DNA of 64,000 nt from Mailhella sp. (GCA_031552135.1 JAVBMS010000044.1:3425-67424), one strand, 5' to 3'. Shown: positions 29,553 through 39,030, counted from the first letter of the stretch. Notes: generated by a model not told the origin, from the letters alone. A program made the numbers and translations.

Positions 29553-31814
29553 ATGGCGCAAGCGCTTAAAATTGCCACGGAAAAAAGCGTCCAGCCCGGA
29601 GTTGCGCCGCGCCCGGCCGACATCAGGATTGCGCTGGCGGGCAACCCCAACTGCGGCAAAACCACGGCCTTCAACAAGTATACGGGCACGCGCCAGCATG
29701 TGGGCAACTACCCCGGCGTGACCGTGGATCGCAAGGAAGGCGTGGCGCATGTGGGCGGCGAGGCCGTTCATCTGATCGACCTGCCCGGAACGTATTCCCT
29801 GACCGCCTATTCGCAGGAAGAAATCATCGCCCGCCGCGAGCTGACGGAAAATCCCCCGCTGGCCGTCATCAACCTGGTGGATGCCGCGGCGCTGGAGCGC
29901 AACCTGCTTTTGTCGGTCCAGATTCTGGAAATGGGCCTGCCGCTGGTGCTGGCCTGCAACATGATGGACGAGGCGCGCGCCGCGGGCATTCAGGTGAACA
30001 CCGTTCTGCTGGGGGAGCGTCTTGGCGTGCCGGTGGTGGAAACCGTGGCCCGCACCGGCGAAGGGCTGAACGCGGCGCTGGAAAAAGCCCTGGCCTTCGG
30101 CCGTACGCGGGAAAAGCTGGCGCCCCTGCGCATCAGCTACGGGTCGGATCTCGACCCCGTGCTGGCCAAAATGGAAGAAATCATTGGGGAAGCCGCGCTG
30201 CTGGCCCCCAAATATACTTCGCGCTGGCTGGCCATCAAGGTGCTGGAAAACGACAGCGACATGCTGGACGAACTGCGCGGCGTTGACGCCGCCGTGACGG
30301 ACAGGCTGCTGGCCGTCCGCGCGACCGTGGCCGACCATCTGCGCAAAACGCTGAACACCACGCCGGAATCCATTATTGCGGATTTTCGCTACGGCTTTAT
30401 CAAAAGCACGTTGCGCGACGGCGTCATGACGCGCGACATGACGCGCGATCGACTGGCCCTGAGCGACAAGCTCGACAAAGTGCTGGCCAACGCCGTTCTG
30501 GGCCCGATCATCATGGTTGGCCTCATCTTCGTCATGTTCTGGGCCACGTTCAGCGTGGGGGCGTATCCCCAGGGCTGGGTGGAGGAAGCCGTGGGCCTGC
30601 TGGGCGACGCCCTGACCGCCGTGCTGCCCGAAGGCTTTTTGCAGTCGCTGGTTGTCAGCGGCATCATCGCCGGCGTGGGCGGCGTGCTCAGTTTTGTGCC
30701 GCTGATCATGATCATGTTCCTGTTCATCGCTTTTCTTGAAGATTCTGGCTACATGGCCCGCATCGCCTACATGGTGGACAGGGTGTTCCGCGCGTTCGGC
30801 CTGCACGGCAGTTCCGTCATGCCCTACATTATAGGCGGCGGCATCGCGGGCGGCTGCGCCATTCCCGGCGTCATGGCCACGCGCACCCTGCGCAGCCCCA
30901 AAGAAAAGCTGGCCACGCTGCTGACGCTGCCCTACATGGCGTGCGGCGCCAAGCTGCCGGTCTTTTTGCTCCTGGCCGGCGTGTTTTTCCCCGGTCAGGA
31001 AGCGTCGGTCATGATGGGCCTTATTCTGGCCGGTTGGGTCTTCGCGCTTCTGATAGCCCGGCTTTTGCGCTCCACCATCATCCGCGGCGAATCCACGCCC
31101 TTTGTCATGGAGCTGCCGCCGTACCGCATGCCCACGCTCCGCAGCCTGCTGATCCACTGCTGGGAACGCACCTGGATGTACCTCAAAAAGGCCGGTACGG
31201 TGCTGGTGGCTATTTCCATCGTGATTTGGGCAGGCCTCACCTTCCCCACGCTGGACGAAAAAACGGCGGCCCCGCTTGAGGCCCGTATCGCCACGGCGGA
31301 AGAACGCCTTGCCGCGTTGCCCGCGCTGGAAGAAGGCGTGGAGCCCTCAGCGGAGCAACAGGCCGCCCAGGACGAACTGGACGAGGCCACCAAAACCCTT
31401 TCCGAAGAAAGCCTGCGCAATTCCGTGGCCGGACGCCTCGGCACGGCTCTGGAACCGGTAACCGCGCCCGCCGGATTTGACTGGCGCGTGGATGTGGCGC
31501 TGATCGGCGGCATCGCGGCCAAGGAAGCGCTGGTTTCCACCCTGGGCACGGCGTATTCGCTGGGCGAAGTGGATCCCGAAGACGCGACGCCGCTTGCGGA
31601 AAGCCTGGCCGCGGATCCGCACTGGTCGCCCGCTACCGCGCTGGCGCTCATGCTCTTTGTGCTGCTGTACTCGCCCTGCTTTGTGGCGCTGGTGGTCATC
31701 CGCCAGGAAGCCGGATCCTGGGGCTGGGTGGCGTTCAGCATGGTTTTCAACACACTCCTTGCCTTTGGCGTGGCCGTGGCGGCGTATCAGATCGGCCTGC
31801 GCCTCTGGGCATAA
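29553..31814 (+). CDS. feoB: ferrous iron transporter B
   Basis: IALAGNPNCGKTTAFN (G1) and IDLPGTYSL (G3), followed by a polytopic membrane domain. 753 aa. Confidence 0.95.
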   Translation: MAQALKIATEKSVQPGVAPRPADIRIALAGNPNCGKTTAFNKYTGTRQHVGNYPGVTVDRKEGVAHVGGEAVHLIDLPGTYSLTAYSQEEIIARRELTENPPLAVINLVDAAALERNLLLSVQILEMGLPLVLACNMMDEARAAGIQVNTVLLGERLGVPVVETVARTGEGLNAALEKALAFGRTREKLAPLRISYGSDLDPVLAKMEEIIGEAALLAPKYTSRWLAIKVLENDSDMLDELRGVDAAVTDRLLAVRATVADHLRKTLNTTPESIIADFRYGFIKSTLRDGVMTRDMTRDRLALSDKLDKVLANAVLGPIIMVGLIFVMFWATFSVGAYPQGWVEEAVGLLGDALTAVLPEGFLQSLVVSGIIAGVGGVLSFVPLIMIMFLFIAFLEDSGYMARIAYMVDRVFRAFGLHGSSVMPYIIGGGIAGGCAIPGVMATRTLRSPKEKLATLLTLPYMACGAKLPVFLLLAGVFFPGQEASVMMGLILAGWVFALLIARLLRSTIIRGESTPFVMELPPYRMPTLRSLLIHCWERTWMYLKKAGTVLVAISIVIWAGLTFPTLDEKTAAPLEARIATAEERLAALPALEEGVEPSAEQQAAQDELDEATKTLSEESLRNSVAGRLGTALEPVTAPAGFDWRVDVALIGGIAAKEALVSTLGTAYSLGEVDPEDATPLAESLAADPHWSPATALALMLFVLLYSPCFVALVVIRQEAGSWGWVAFSMVFNTLLAFGVAVAAYQIGLRLWA

Positions 31815-31818
31815 AACC

Positions 31819-31849
31819 GGCCCGGCGCGTCCTCTCTCCGCGCCGGGCC
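31819..31849 (+). other. strong intercistronic hairpin between feoB and the DUF2325 gene
   Basis: GGCCCGGCGCG-N9-CGCGCCGGGCC forms an 11-bp all-GC stem starting 5 nt after the feoB stop and ending 15 nt before the next ATG. There is no U-tract. Confidence 0.5.
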
Positions 31850-31864
31850 CTTTAAAGGTGTTTT

Positions 31865-32512
31865 ATGGGCAAGCATACGGACGGCAAAGCGGACGCCCTC
31901 AGGCGGGAATACGAGGACTTGAGCCGGGAAATCTCCACCATGCGCCAACTGCGCGCCCGGCTGGAAGAAGAAACGCTGGCCGCGCGCAAGGCGCTGGATG
32001 CCATGCGGCAAAGCCTTGCGGCATACAGCTTTGAATCGCTGGATGCCCTGGAAGCTCTGGACGCCCTCAGCGCACAGGACGCCCTGGATAGCATGGATAG
32101 CGCGGACGGCAGCATGTGCGCCGTTTGTCCGGAAAACGTCATCTGCCAAACCGGCGAGAACTGCGGAGATTGCGGCGCCTGCCCCTCCTTCGATTTATGC
32201 CGCCAGCGCATCCTGATTGTCGGCGGCATTGAAAGGATGGAAAGCCAGTACCGCAAGCTGGTGGAAGACGACGGCGGCGGCATTCTGGAATATCACGCGG
32301 GGCACATGCGCGGCGGCAAAAAGCAGTTGGAGCAGAGCCTGCAAAGGGCCGACGTGGTGCTGTGCCCCGTTAACTGCAACAGCCACGGGGCATGTAAACT
32401 GGTGAAAAATCTGGCCAAAAAGTATTGCAAAACCGTGCACATGATGCCCAACTTCAGCCTGAACGCCATTGCCGGCGTGATCAACGCGCACTGCGAGACT
32501 CTTAAGCAGTAG
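31865..32512 (+). CDS. DUF2325-type protein with N-terminal coiled coil and a 7-Cys segment
   Basis: The C-terminal ILIVGGIERMESQYRKLVE...ADVVLCPVNCNSHGACKLVK matches my recollection of DUF2325. The central CAVCPENVICQTGENCGDCGACPSFDLC lies at about 32117..32200. Confidence 0.65.
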   Translation: MGKHTDGKADALRREYEDLSREISTMRQLRARLEEETLAARKALDAMRQSLAAYSFESLDALEALDALSAQDALDSMDSADGSMCAVCPENVICQTGENCGDCGACPSFDLCRQRILIVGGIERMESQYRKLVEDDGGGILEYHAGHMRGGKKQLEQSLQRADVVLCPVNCNSHGACKLVKNLAKKYCKTVHMMPNFSLNAIAGVINAHCETLKQ

Positions 32513-32539
32513 CGAACAGCCTTCCCCCTCTTGCGCGCA

Positions 32540-32571
32540 GCGGCCGCTTTCCCGAACAGGAAAGCGGCCGC
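32540..32571. terminator. hairpin between convergent DUF2325 and yqeB-family genes
   Basis: GCGGCCGCTTTCC-CGAACA-GGAAAGCGGCCGC forms a 13-bp perfect stem. Confidence 0.55.
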
Positions 32572-32593
32572 TACGCGTTATGGCATTGAGCGT

Positions 32594-33406
32594 TCAGGAT
32601 TTTTCGGCAATAGCGTGGGCGACAACCGCTTCCAGGATCGCGCCGCCCAGCGCGAGGCCTTTGTCGGACACTTGATGGAAGCCCACCTGGGAACGCGGCT
32701 CCACGTCGCCCAGTTTGGCCCCCGCGTCCACGCGCAAGCCGCTGCGCAAAAGGCCGCGCAGCGTGCCGGAAATCAGCGCGGGCACCGGCTCGCCGTCCAC
32801 CGTACCGGTACTGTCGCCGGCACGGACGTAATCGCCGATGTCCAGGCCGGTTTCAAACAGGCCGGCGCAAGGCGCGCGCAGCACGCGCTCCACGTCGTAG
32901 CCCATAACTCTGCCGGGCTTGCCGGTGTTGGGTTCCGCCGAACCTTCGCGTATGATGCGGCCCATGCTGATGCCCCGGTTGGTTTCCACCACCAGGTGCA
33001 CGTCCCCGCCTGCGCTGAAGCCGGGGCCAAGGCCGATCACCAGCGGCGCGTCGCTCCGGCGCACGCCGACGTTGCGCTTGGAAATCGTGGCTTCCACCTC
33101 GACGTCCGGGCGGATGAGCGGCAGGCTGGCGCCCTCGGGATCCACCAGTACCGCCACCGCGCCGCGCGCCCAGATGGCGGGCAGATCGTCCGGGCTGCCC
33201 GCCCGTTCCGCGCGCACGCCTTCCACCACATAGGATCCTTCGTACACGGCCTCGGAAAAGCTGACGGTGCGGCGCACCGCCATGGGTTGGGGAATTTCCA
33301 GAAAAACCAGGCGGCGCAGGCCTGCGTTGTAAAGGCGCAAAGCCGCGCCCGTGGCCAGATCGCCCGCGCCCCGAAACAAGATGGTCATGGTGGTGAGATC
33401 GCGCAT
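32594..33406 (-). CDS. YqeB-family protein (selenium-dependent molybdenum hydroxylase system accessory type)
   Basis: ILFRGAGDLATGAALRLYNAGLRRLVFLEIPQPMAVRRTVSFSEAVYEGSYVVEGV and EPNTGKPG resemble the short YqeB/EF2563 family (TIGR03309) as I remember it. 270 aa. Confidence 0.65.
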   Translation of the reverse strand: MRDLTTMTILFRGAGDLATGAALRLYNAGLRRLVFLEIPQPMAVRRTVSFSEAVYEGSYVVEGVRAERAGSPDDLPAIWARGAVAVLVDPEGASLPLIRPDVEVEATISKRNVGVRRSDAPLVIGLGPGFSAGGDVHLVVETNRGISMGRIIREGSAEPNTGKPGRVMGYDVERVLRAPCAGLFETGLDIGDYVRAGDSTGTVDGEPVPALISGTLRGLLRSGLRVDAGAKLGDVEPRSQVGFHQVSDKGLALGGAILEAVVAHAIAEKS

Positions 33407-33426
33407 GGAAGCCTCGCGTATGTCCG

Positions 33427-34953
33427 TTATAGTCCACGTCCCGGCTGCTTGCCGGAAAACAGCATATCCAGATCCAGATGGGTTTCCACCGCATCCGCCA
33501 ACGCGTCGAGCGCGGGTTCCAGCGAATAGGAGGAGGGAGTCCGTTCCGGTTTGCCCCGATGGCGGCGCACATCGTTCAGCAGGGCGCAGCGGTAGGCGTC
33601 GTCTTCAAAAAGCCCGTGCGCGTAAGTTGCCCACAGGCGGTGCGTTCCTTTGTCGTCCCGCCAGCCGATGGTTTCCCCGGCGTCGTCCCGCATCCAGACG
33701 GCGGCCACGCCCGGCTGGGCAAGGTGCGAGGCCCCGTGGTGGATTTCGTAGCCCCGCAACGGCAGATCCAGCAACGCATCGCGGTAGGCGGCCCGGCGCA
33801 GGGTTTTTATGGGGCGCATCACGGTAGCCAGCGGCAGCAGACCGAGGCAGGGCTCAACGTACCCGGCCTGTTCCTCAATGCCTTCGGGGTCTTCCAGGGT
33901 TTTGCCCATCATTTGCAGGCCGCCGCAAATGCCGAGCACGTCGGGCGCGTTTTCGGTTTCCAGCAGATCGCGCAGGGCGACCGCCACGCCGCTCTGGCGC
34001 AAAAGGCGCAGATCAAGCGCCGTGCTCTTGCTGCCGGGGATGATCACCAGATCCGGGCGGCCCAGATCTTCCGGCCGCGCCACCAGGCGTGTTTTAAGCC
34101 CCGGCTCGCCGGGCAGAGGGTCAACGTCCGAAATATTGCCCGCGTGCGCCACTTCCAGAATGGCAACGTCAAGCTCGTCCGTCCGCACGTCGCGCGCCGG
34201 GCCGCGCCGCAGCACGGCGCCCGCGCGCAGGCCCACGGAATCCTCTTCCGGCAGGCGGATGTCGAGCCAGGGCAGCACGCCGAGGAAGGGCTTGCCCGTG
34301 CGCGCGCTGACTTCTTCCAGGGCGGGCGGCAGCAGACTGGGGTCGCCCCGGAACTTGTTGAGCACCAGGCCCGCGATCAGGTCGCGTTCCCACGGTTCCA
34401 GCAATGCCAGCGTGCCGACAAGCGCCGCGAACACGCCGCCGCGATCGATGTCGCCCGCGAGCACGGCTTTGGCCCCGGCCGCGCGCGCCATGCGGGTATT
34501 GACGATGTCGGAAGCCTTGAGGTTGATTTCCGCCGGGCTGCCCGCGCCTTCCAGAATCATCAGGTCGCGGCCCGCGGCCAGTTCGGCGTAGGCCTGGCAG
34601 GCGGTTTGGAACAGCTCGGGCTTGAGTTTTTCGTATTCCCGCACCTTGTAATGGCCCATAGCCTTGCCCAGCACCACGAGTTGCGATCCGGTGTCGGACG
34701 AGGGTTTGAGCAGGACGGGGTTCATGCGCGCATCGGGGAGCAGGCCGCAGGCCTGAGCCTGCACCGCCTGGGCGCGGCCGATTTCGAGCCCGTCGGGCGT
34801 GACGGCGGAATTGAGCGCCATGTTCTGCGCTTTAAACGGCGCGACAGAGAGGCCACGGCGGGCAAAAACCCGGCACAGGCCCGTGACAAGCAGGCTTTTG
34901 CCGGCGTTGGACGACGTGCCGAGAACCATGATGGAGGGAGGAAGCGCGGACAT
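33427..34953 (-). CDS. cobQ: cobyric acid synthase
   Basis: MVLGTSSNAGKSLLVTGLCR and APFKAQNMALNS, with a C-terminal glutamine amidotransferase domain (ICGGLQMMG). 508 aa. Confidence 0.9.
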   Translation of the reverse strand: MSALPPSIMVLGTSSNAGKSLLVTGLCRVFARRGLSVAPFKAQNMALNSAVTPDGLEIGRAQAVQAQACGLLPDARMNPVLLKPSSDTGSQLVVLGKAMGHYKVREYEKLKPELFQTACQAYAELAAGRDLMILEGAGSPAEINLKASDIVNTRMARAAGAKAVLAGDIDRGGVFAALVGTLALLEPWERDLIAGLVLNKFRGDPSLLPPALEEVSARTGKPFLGVLPWLDIRLPEEDSVGLRAGAVLRRGPARDVRTDELDVAILEVAHAGNISDVDPLPGEPGLKTRLVARPEDLGRPDLVIIPGSKSTALDLRLLRQSGVAVALRDLLETENAPDVLGICGGLQMMGKTLEDPEGIEEQAGYVEPCLGLLPLATVMRPIKTLRRAAYRDALLDLPLRGYEIHHGASHLAQPGVAAVWMRDDAGETIGWRDDKGTHRLWATYAHGLFEDDAYRCALLNDVRRHRGKPERTPSSYSLEPALDALADAVETHLDLDMLFSGKQPGRGL

Positions 34954-35092
34954 GGCGTGTTCTTAGCGCATACCACGCGGAATTGCCAGCGGCGGGGCGG
35001 GCGATTCCTCTCATGCCGGATGCCTTGCACGGAGCCGCCGTCGGGGTTAAGCTGAAAAAAAAGCCTACTTCCTGTCAAACTTTGGAGGGGCC

Positions 35093-37063
35093 ATGCTGCG
35101 CAAAATTCTTCTGGGCGTCCTTGCTCTCGTGCTGGCGCTGATTGTGGGGGTATACGCCTTGTTTGCCTTTAAAGGCGATGTTGTTTTGCAGAAATTCAGC
35201 GCCTATGTGGAAGAAGCCACCGGCGCGCCGCTGCTTATGGAAACGTTGCCGAAACTGAGCATTTTTCCCTCGCCCGGCCTCGATCTCGGCAAAGCGAGCT
35301 GGGGCAAAAAGGACGAGGGCATTTACGTCAGCTTCAGCAAGGCGTCCGTCCGGCTTTCGGGCAGCGCGCTGATGACGGGCGATTTGCGCGTCACGGCCTT
35401 TGCGGTGGACGACCTTGACCTGATCGTGCGTGCCGCGCCCGCTTCTCCGGGCGCAGCGGACAAGCAGCCCGGCGGCGCAAAGAGCGATCCGGCGCAGGCT
35501 CTCGGCATGATCCCGGACAATATTTCCGTCACCAACGGGCGCATCACCCTGATTCAGGCGAACGGCGAGAGCGTCACGCTGTCCAAAGCGCACCTTGCGC
35601 TGGAAGACTTCAGCAGCGGTTTTCTGGGCGGCAAGCCCGCCGCGCTGGATGTGCGCGGCACGCTGGAAAGCAAGGCCCTGGCGGGCGACATCGACGTTGC
35701 CGCGTCGCTGGCGCGCAAAAACGACATTGTCAGCGCCCGCATCGGCAAGGCGAGGCTGGCGCCCGCCGCTTCCATGCCGTTTAAAGACGCCGTCAGCCTG
35801 GAGGGCGAAGCGGCTTACGGCCTGAAAGCCCAGACGCTGGACTTGAACGGCGTGAAGCTGGCGGTTCCGGGCATGAAGGCGGAGATTTCCGGCAAGATGA
35901 CGGCGCTGCCCAAACTGCCGGCCGGAGGCGGCGCGGATGTGTCGTTCAGCGCGTCGGGCGATGCTCGCCCGCTGTTTGCGGCCGTCGGCGCAAGCTCGCC
36001 GTTTGCCGATCCCGAGGCCCTCAGCCGCATTGATGTCAAGGGCAAGCTGGTGGCGGACAAGGGCCTTGTACGCCTTTTGGGCCTGGAGGCCATGCTGGAC
36101 GGCACGCCCCTGAACGCCGATCTGGATATCAATCTCGCCGCGCCGGCTGTTGTTGGCAAGCTGGCCGTGGGCGACCTCAAACTTGATCGCTACCTGCCCG
36201 CGCCCGGCCCGTCGGCCGCAGCGGACGCCCCCAAGGGCCAGGCCGAAGCCGCGGCTCCGAAAACTCTGGCCTTGCCCTGGCCGGAAGCGGATCTGGCCGT
36301 GAGCGTCAAAAGCCTGGAACTGCGCGGCGTGCGGCTTGACACGGCGCAAATCCACGTCCGGGGCAAGGCGGGAGCCTATACGGCCGATCCATTCAGCTTC
36401 AACGTGTTGGGCGGCCCCGTCACCATGCCCTCCAAGGTTGTCCTGCGCGGCAAAACCATCACGACGCCCGTCACGGCCGATGTTTCGACCGACATTTCCG
36501 CTCCCGGCATTGATCTGGCGCAAGCTTCCGTCCTTGCGGGCAAACCGGGCCTGGCCGCCGGTTCCGGCGCCCTGAACGCCTCGCTGGCCGTGAATACCGG
36601 CTCGCCGGACACCACGCTTTCCGGCAACGGTTCGTTTTCGGCCGCGCCCATTACACTGGGCGTCAACCTGCTGCCCAAGGGCGCGCCGAACGCCGTGGCT
36701 TCGCTGCGCCGCGTGGATACGGCCAAAGCGGCCTTTGAGGCGCAAAAGGGCGTCATCCGCCTGACCCAGTGCGATCTGAACGCCACGGCGGCGGATGTCC
36801 GGGCTTCCGGCACGATCAGTCTGCCCGCCCGGCAGCTTGATATCGCCGGCAAGGCGGACATACCCGGCCTGCCCGCGCTGCCGCTCAGGCTGAGCGGGCC
36901 GTTTTCCTCGCCCTCCTACGGCATCGACGCTTCCAAAGCGCTTGAGTCGGTGGCGGGCGCGCTTCAGGAAGGCGGCTCCAGCGTCACCGGCACGCTCCAG
37001 CAGGGCGGGAGTTCCGTCGGCAAGGGCGCGGCGGGCGTGCTCGGCAAGATTTTGCCGAAATAA
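35093..37063 (+). CDS. AsmA family outer-membrane biogenesis protein
   Basis: N-terminal anchor MLRKILLGVLALVLALIVGVYALF, a long beta-rich repetitive body, and a C-terminal PLRLSGPFSSPSYGID motif. Confidence 0.7.
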   Translation: MLRKILLGVLALVLALIVGVYALFAFKGDVVLQKFSAYVEEATGAPLLMETLPKLSIFPSPGLDLGKASWGKKDEGIYVSFSKASVRLSGSALMTGDLRVTAFAVDDLDLIVRAAPASPGAADKQPGGAKSDPAQALGMIPDNISVTNGRITLIQANGESVTLSKAHLALEDFSSGFLGGKPAALDVRGTLESKALAGDIDVAASLARKNDIVSARIGKARLAPAASMPFKDAVSLEGEAAYGLKAQTLDLNGVKLAVPGMKAEISGKMTALPKLPAGGGADVSFSASGDARPLFAAVGASSPFADPEALSRIDVKGKLVADKGLVRLLGLEAMLDGTPLNADLDINLAAPAVVGKLAVGDLKLDRYLPAPGPSAAADAPKGQAEAAAPKTLALPWPEADLAVSVKSLELRGVRLDTAQIHVRGKAGAYTADPFSFNVLGGPVTMPSKVVLRGKTITTPVTADVSTDISAPGIDLAQASVLAGKPGLAAGSGALNASLAVNTGSPDTTLSGNGSFSAAPITLGVNLLPKGAPNAVASLRRVDTAKAAFEAQKGVIRLTQCDLNATAADVRASGTISLPARQLDIAGKADIPGLPALPLRLSGPFSSPSYGIDASKALESVAGALQEGGSSVTGTLQQGGSSVGKGAAGVLGKILPK

Positions 37064-37084
37064 ACACAGTCGGGAATAAATAAA

Positions 37085-37112
37085 GGGGGGAGGCGCGAAG
37101 GCGTCTCCCCCC
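37085..37112. terminator. bidirectional terminator between asmA-family gene and adk
   Basis: GGGGGGAGGCGC-GAAG-GCGTCTCCCCCC forms a 12-bp stem with one G-U pair. On the minus strand it is followed by TTTATTTATT, which fits termination of adk. Confidence 0.55.
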
Positions 37113-37135
37113 TTGTGCGTTAAGCGATGGGAGCG

Positions 37136-37810
37136 TCAGACCAGCTTGCTCAGCAGATCGTCGCGGATCTGTTCGATGCTGCCCTGGCCGTCCAGTTCGA
37201 TATACTTGGTTTCTTTGTTCTGGCTGGCCAGGTTTTTGAAGTAATGCGCGGCGGCCAGCGTGCCTTCCGCGCCGTCGTAATAAATGTCGTGCCGCTTGTT
37301 GATGGCCTGCTCGTTCTGATCGTCGGCGCGCGCCGAGAGCTTGCCGCCGCACACGCGGCAAGTGTCGCCGGCGGGCTTGATGGCGGCGATGTGGATATTG
37401 TTGGGATGGTTGTTGTCCTGGGCGCACAGCCGGCGTCCCATGATGCGGTTGCGGGCGATGCCGCGCGGGAGCAGAATCTCCACAACGTAATCCAGGGTCA
37501 TGCCCGCCTTGGTCAGCGCCTCGTCCAGCTTGCGGGCCTGCTCCATATTGCGGGGAAAGCCGTCCAGCAGCCAGCCGGACGAACCCTTGCTTTGCAGGAT
37601 TTCAAGGATCATGGGGATGGTTATTTCGTCGGGCACCAGTTCGCCGCGATCCATGTAGGCCTTGGCCTGCACGCCCAGCGCCGTGCCTTTGCCCACATGC
37701 TCGCGGAACACGGCGCCGGACTCGATATGGGCCACGCCGAACTTTTCCATGAGCAGCGCCCCCTGGGTACCCTTGCCGCTGCCGTTGGGGCCGAAAATAA
37801 GAATGTTCAT
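37136..37810 (-). CDS. adk: adenylate kinase
   Basis: MNILIFGPNGSGKGTQG P-loop, a long lid with CAQD...CRVCGG, and GFPRN. Track ORF trimmed to ATG 37810, which overlaps the upstream stop. Confidence 0.92.
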   Translation of the reverse strand: MNILIFGPNGSGKGTQGALLMEKFGVAHIESGAVFREHVGKGTALGVQAKAYMDRGELVPDEITIPMILEILQSKGSSGWLLDGFPRNMEQARKLDEALTKAGMTLDYVVEILLPRGIARNRIMGRRLCAQDNNHPNNIHIAAIKPAGDTCRVCGGKLSARADDQNEQAINKRHDIYYDGAEGTLAAAHYFKNLASQNKETKYIELDGQGSIEQIRDDLLSKLV

Positions 37811-39030
37811 CCGTTTTGCTCCTTCTGCTGAAAAATCAGGTACAGATCGCCCTGCCATTTGCCGATTTTTTTGCCCATGCCCCGCAGGCGCACGGGTTTG
37901 CCCACCTTAAAATCCGGCGGCAGGGTGATTTCCACGGTTTTAAGCTCGTTGGCGAGGCCGCGCCGTATCTGAAGCCGGATACGCGCGCCGGGGAAAAGCT
38001 TGGCGGCGGGAAAATAAAGTTCCTGCTCCTCGTCAATTTGTTCGCGCAGCCAGCCTTTGACGGCTTTTCCCAAATTTTTGGCCATCTCCGCCGGGCTTTT
38101 TTCGCCCGCAAGAAGACCGCTGACGCCCGTTTCGGGCGGAGGGGCGCTTTCTTTGCGCTGCTGCACCTCGCGGTAAATATCCTCGTACACCCGGCGGGCG
38201 AAGGGGTCGCTGAGCAGGTCGTTGAGCAGGTTTTCCCGCCCAATCGTTCCGGAATCCTCGCCGGCATCCGTGACCGAATACGCGCTTCCGTACGGCGCGT
38301 GGCCTGAGGGGCCTGAGGAAGCGGTTGGGGCATGTTGCGCTGCCTGGGGGGCTTCCTGCTGGGCGCGGGCCTGGCTTTCCGCCTCGCGCCGCGCGGCGGC
38401 CGCGCGTTCGGCGGCTTCGGCCTGTTCGGCCATGCGCCGCGCCTCTTCCTGCCGTTCCTTTTCCAGCCGCTCTTTTTCTTTGCGTTCCTTTTCCTGGCGC
38501 ACCCGTTCCTGCCGGGCCAGACGATCGGATTCCTGACGCTCGATTTCCTGGCGCAGGCGCTCCCGCCGTTCTTCTTCCCGGCGCTTTTTTTCCTGAAGAA
38601 GCTGATCTTCCTTGATACGGCGCGCTTCGGCCTCGCGGGCCCTGCGTTCTTCCTCCTGGCGGGCTTTGCGCTCTTTTTCGCGCTGTTCTTTTTCCCGCTG
38701 CTCCTTCTGGCGCTGTTCCTTCTGTTCTTTTTGGGCCTGATCGCGGTAGGTGGAATGGCCCGCCCTGGCGGCGGAGGGGCCGGCTTCGGGGCGGGCGTTC
38801 GCCGCCGCGCTGGAAGAAGCGGTGGAGTTGTCGGCCAGGCGGATCAGGATGACGTAGGCTTCGTTCAGTTGCTGAAACTGCCTGCTGGCGCCGTCGCTGG
38901 GGTTGAGGTCGGGGTGCAGTTCAAAGGCGCGTTTGCGGTAGGCCCGTTTGATGTCGTCCAGCCCGGAGCCTTCGGGAATGCCCAGAATAGCGAAACATTC
39001 TTTAAGGGAGAGGGCGGGATTTTTTTTCAT
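37807..39030 (-). CDS. J-domain protein with a long E/R/K-rich central segment
   Basis: N-terminal J domain (ILGIPEGSGLDDIKRAYRKRAFELHPDLNP, with HPD). Residues ~96-226 are almost entirely E, R, K, Q and A. The C-terminal beta-like part contains GKPVRLRGMGKK...GDLYLIF. Confidence 0.8.
   Translation of the reverse strand: MKKNPALSLKECFAILGIPEGSGLDDIKRAYRKRAFELHPDLNPSDGASRQFQQLNEAYVILIRLADNSTASSSAAANARPEAGPSAARAGHSTYRDQAQKEQKEQRQKEQREKEQREKERKARQEEERRAREAEARRIKEDQLLQEKKRREEERRERLRQEIERQESDRLARQERVRQEKERKEKERLEKERQEEARRMAEQAEAAERAAAARREAESQARAQQEAPQAAQHAPTASSGPSGHAPYGSAYSVTDAGEDSGTIGRENLLNDLLSDPFARRVYEDIYREVQQRKESAPPPETGVSGLLAGEKSPAEMAKNLGKAVKGWLREQIDEEQELYFPAAKLFPGARIRLQIRRGLANELKTVEITLPPDFKVGKPVRLRGMGKKIGKWQGDLYLIFQQKEQNG
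38668..38733 (-). repeat. imperfect ~15-nt tandem repeats inside the J-domain gene
   Basis: Plus-strand units of the form GCGCTGTTCTTTTTC occur 4-5 times. They encode KEQKEQRQKEQREKEQREKER. Confidence 0.4.

Noticed and set aside
34954-35092. Possible cobalamin riboswitch upstream of cobQ, based on a GGAATCGCCCGCCCCGCCGCTGGCA-like stretch on the minus strand.
   Set aside because: There is no B12 box (AGYCMGGAGACCKGCC-like) in the correct position, and the region is only ~139 nt, shared with the divergent asmA-family promoter. An Infernal scan with the Cobalamin model would settle it.
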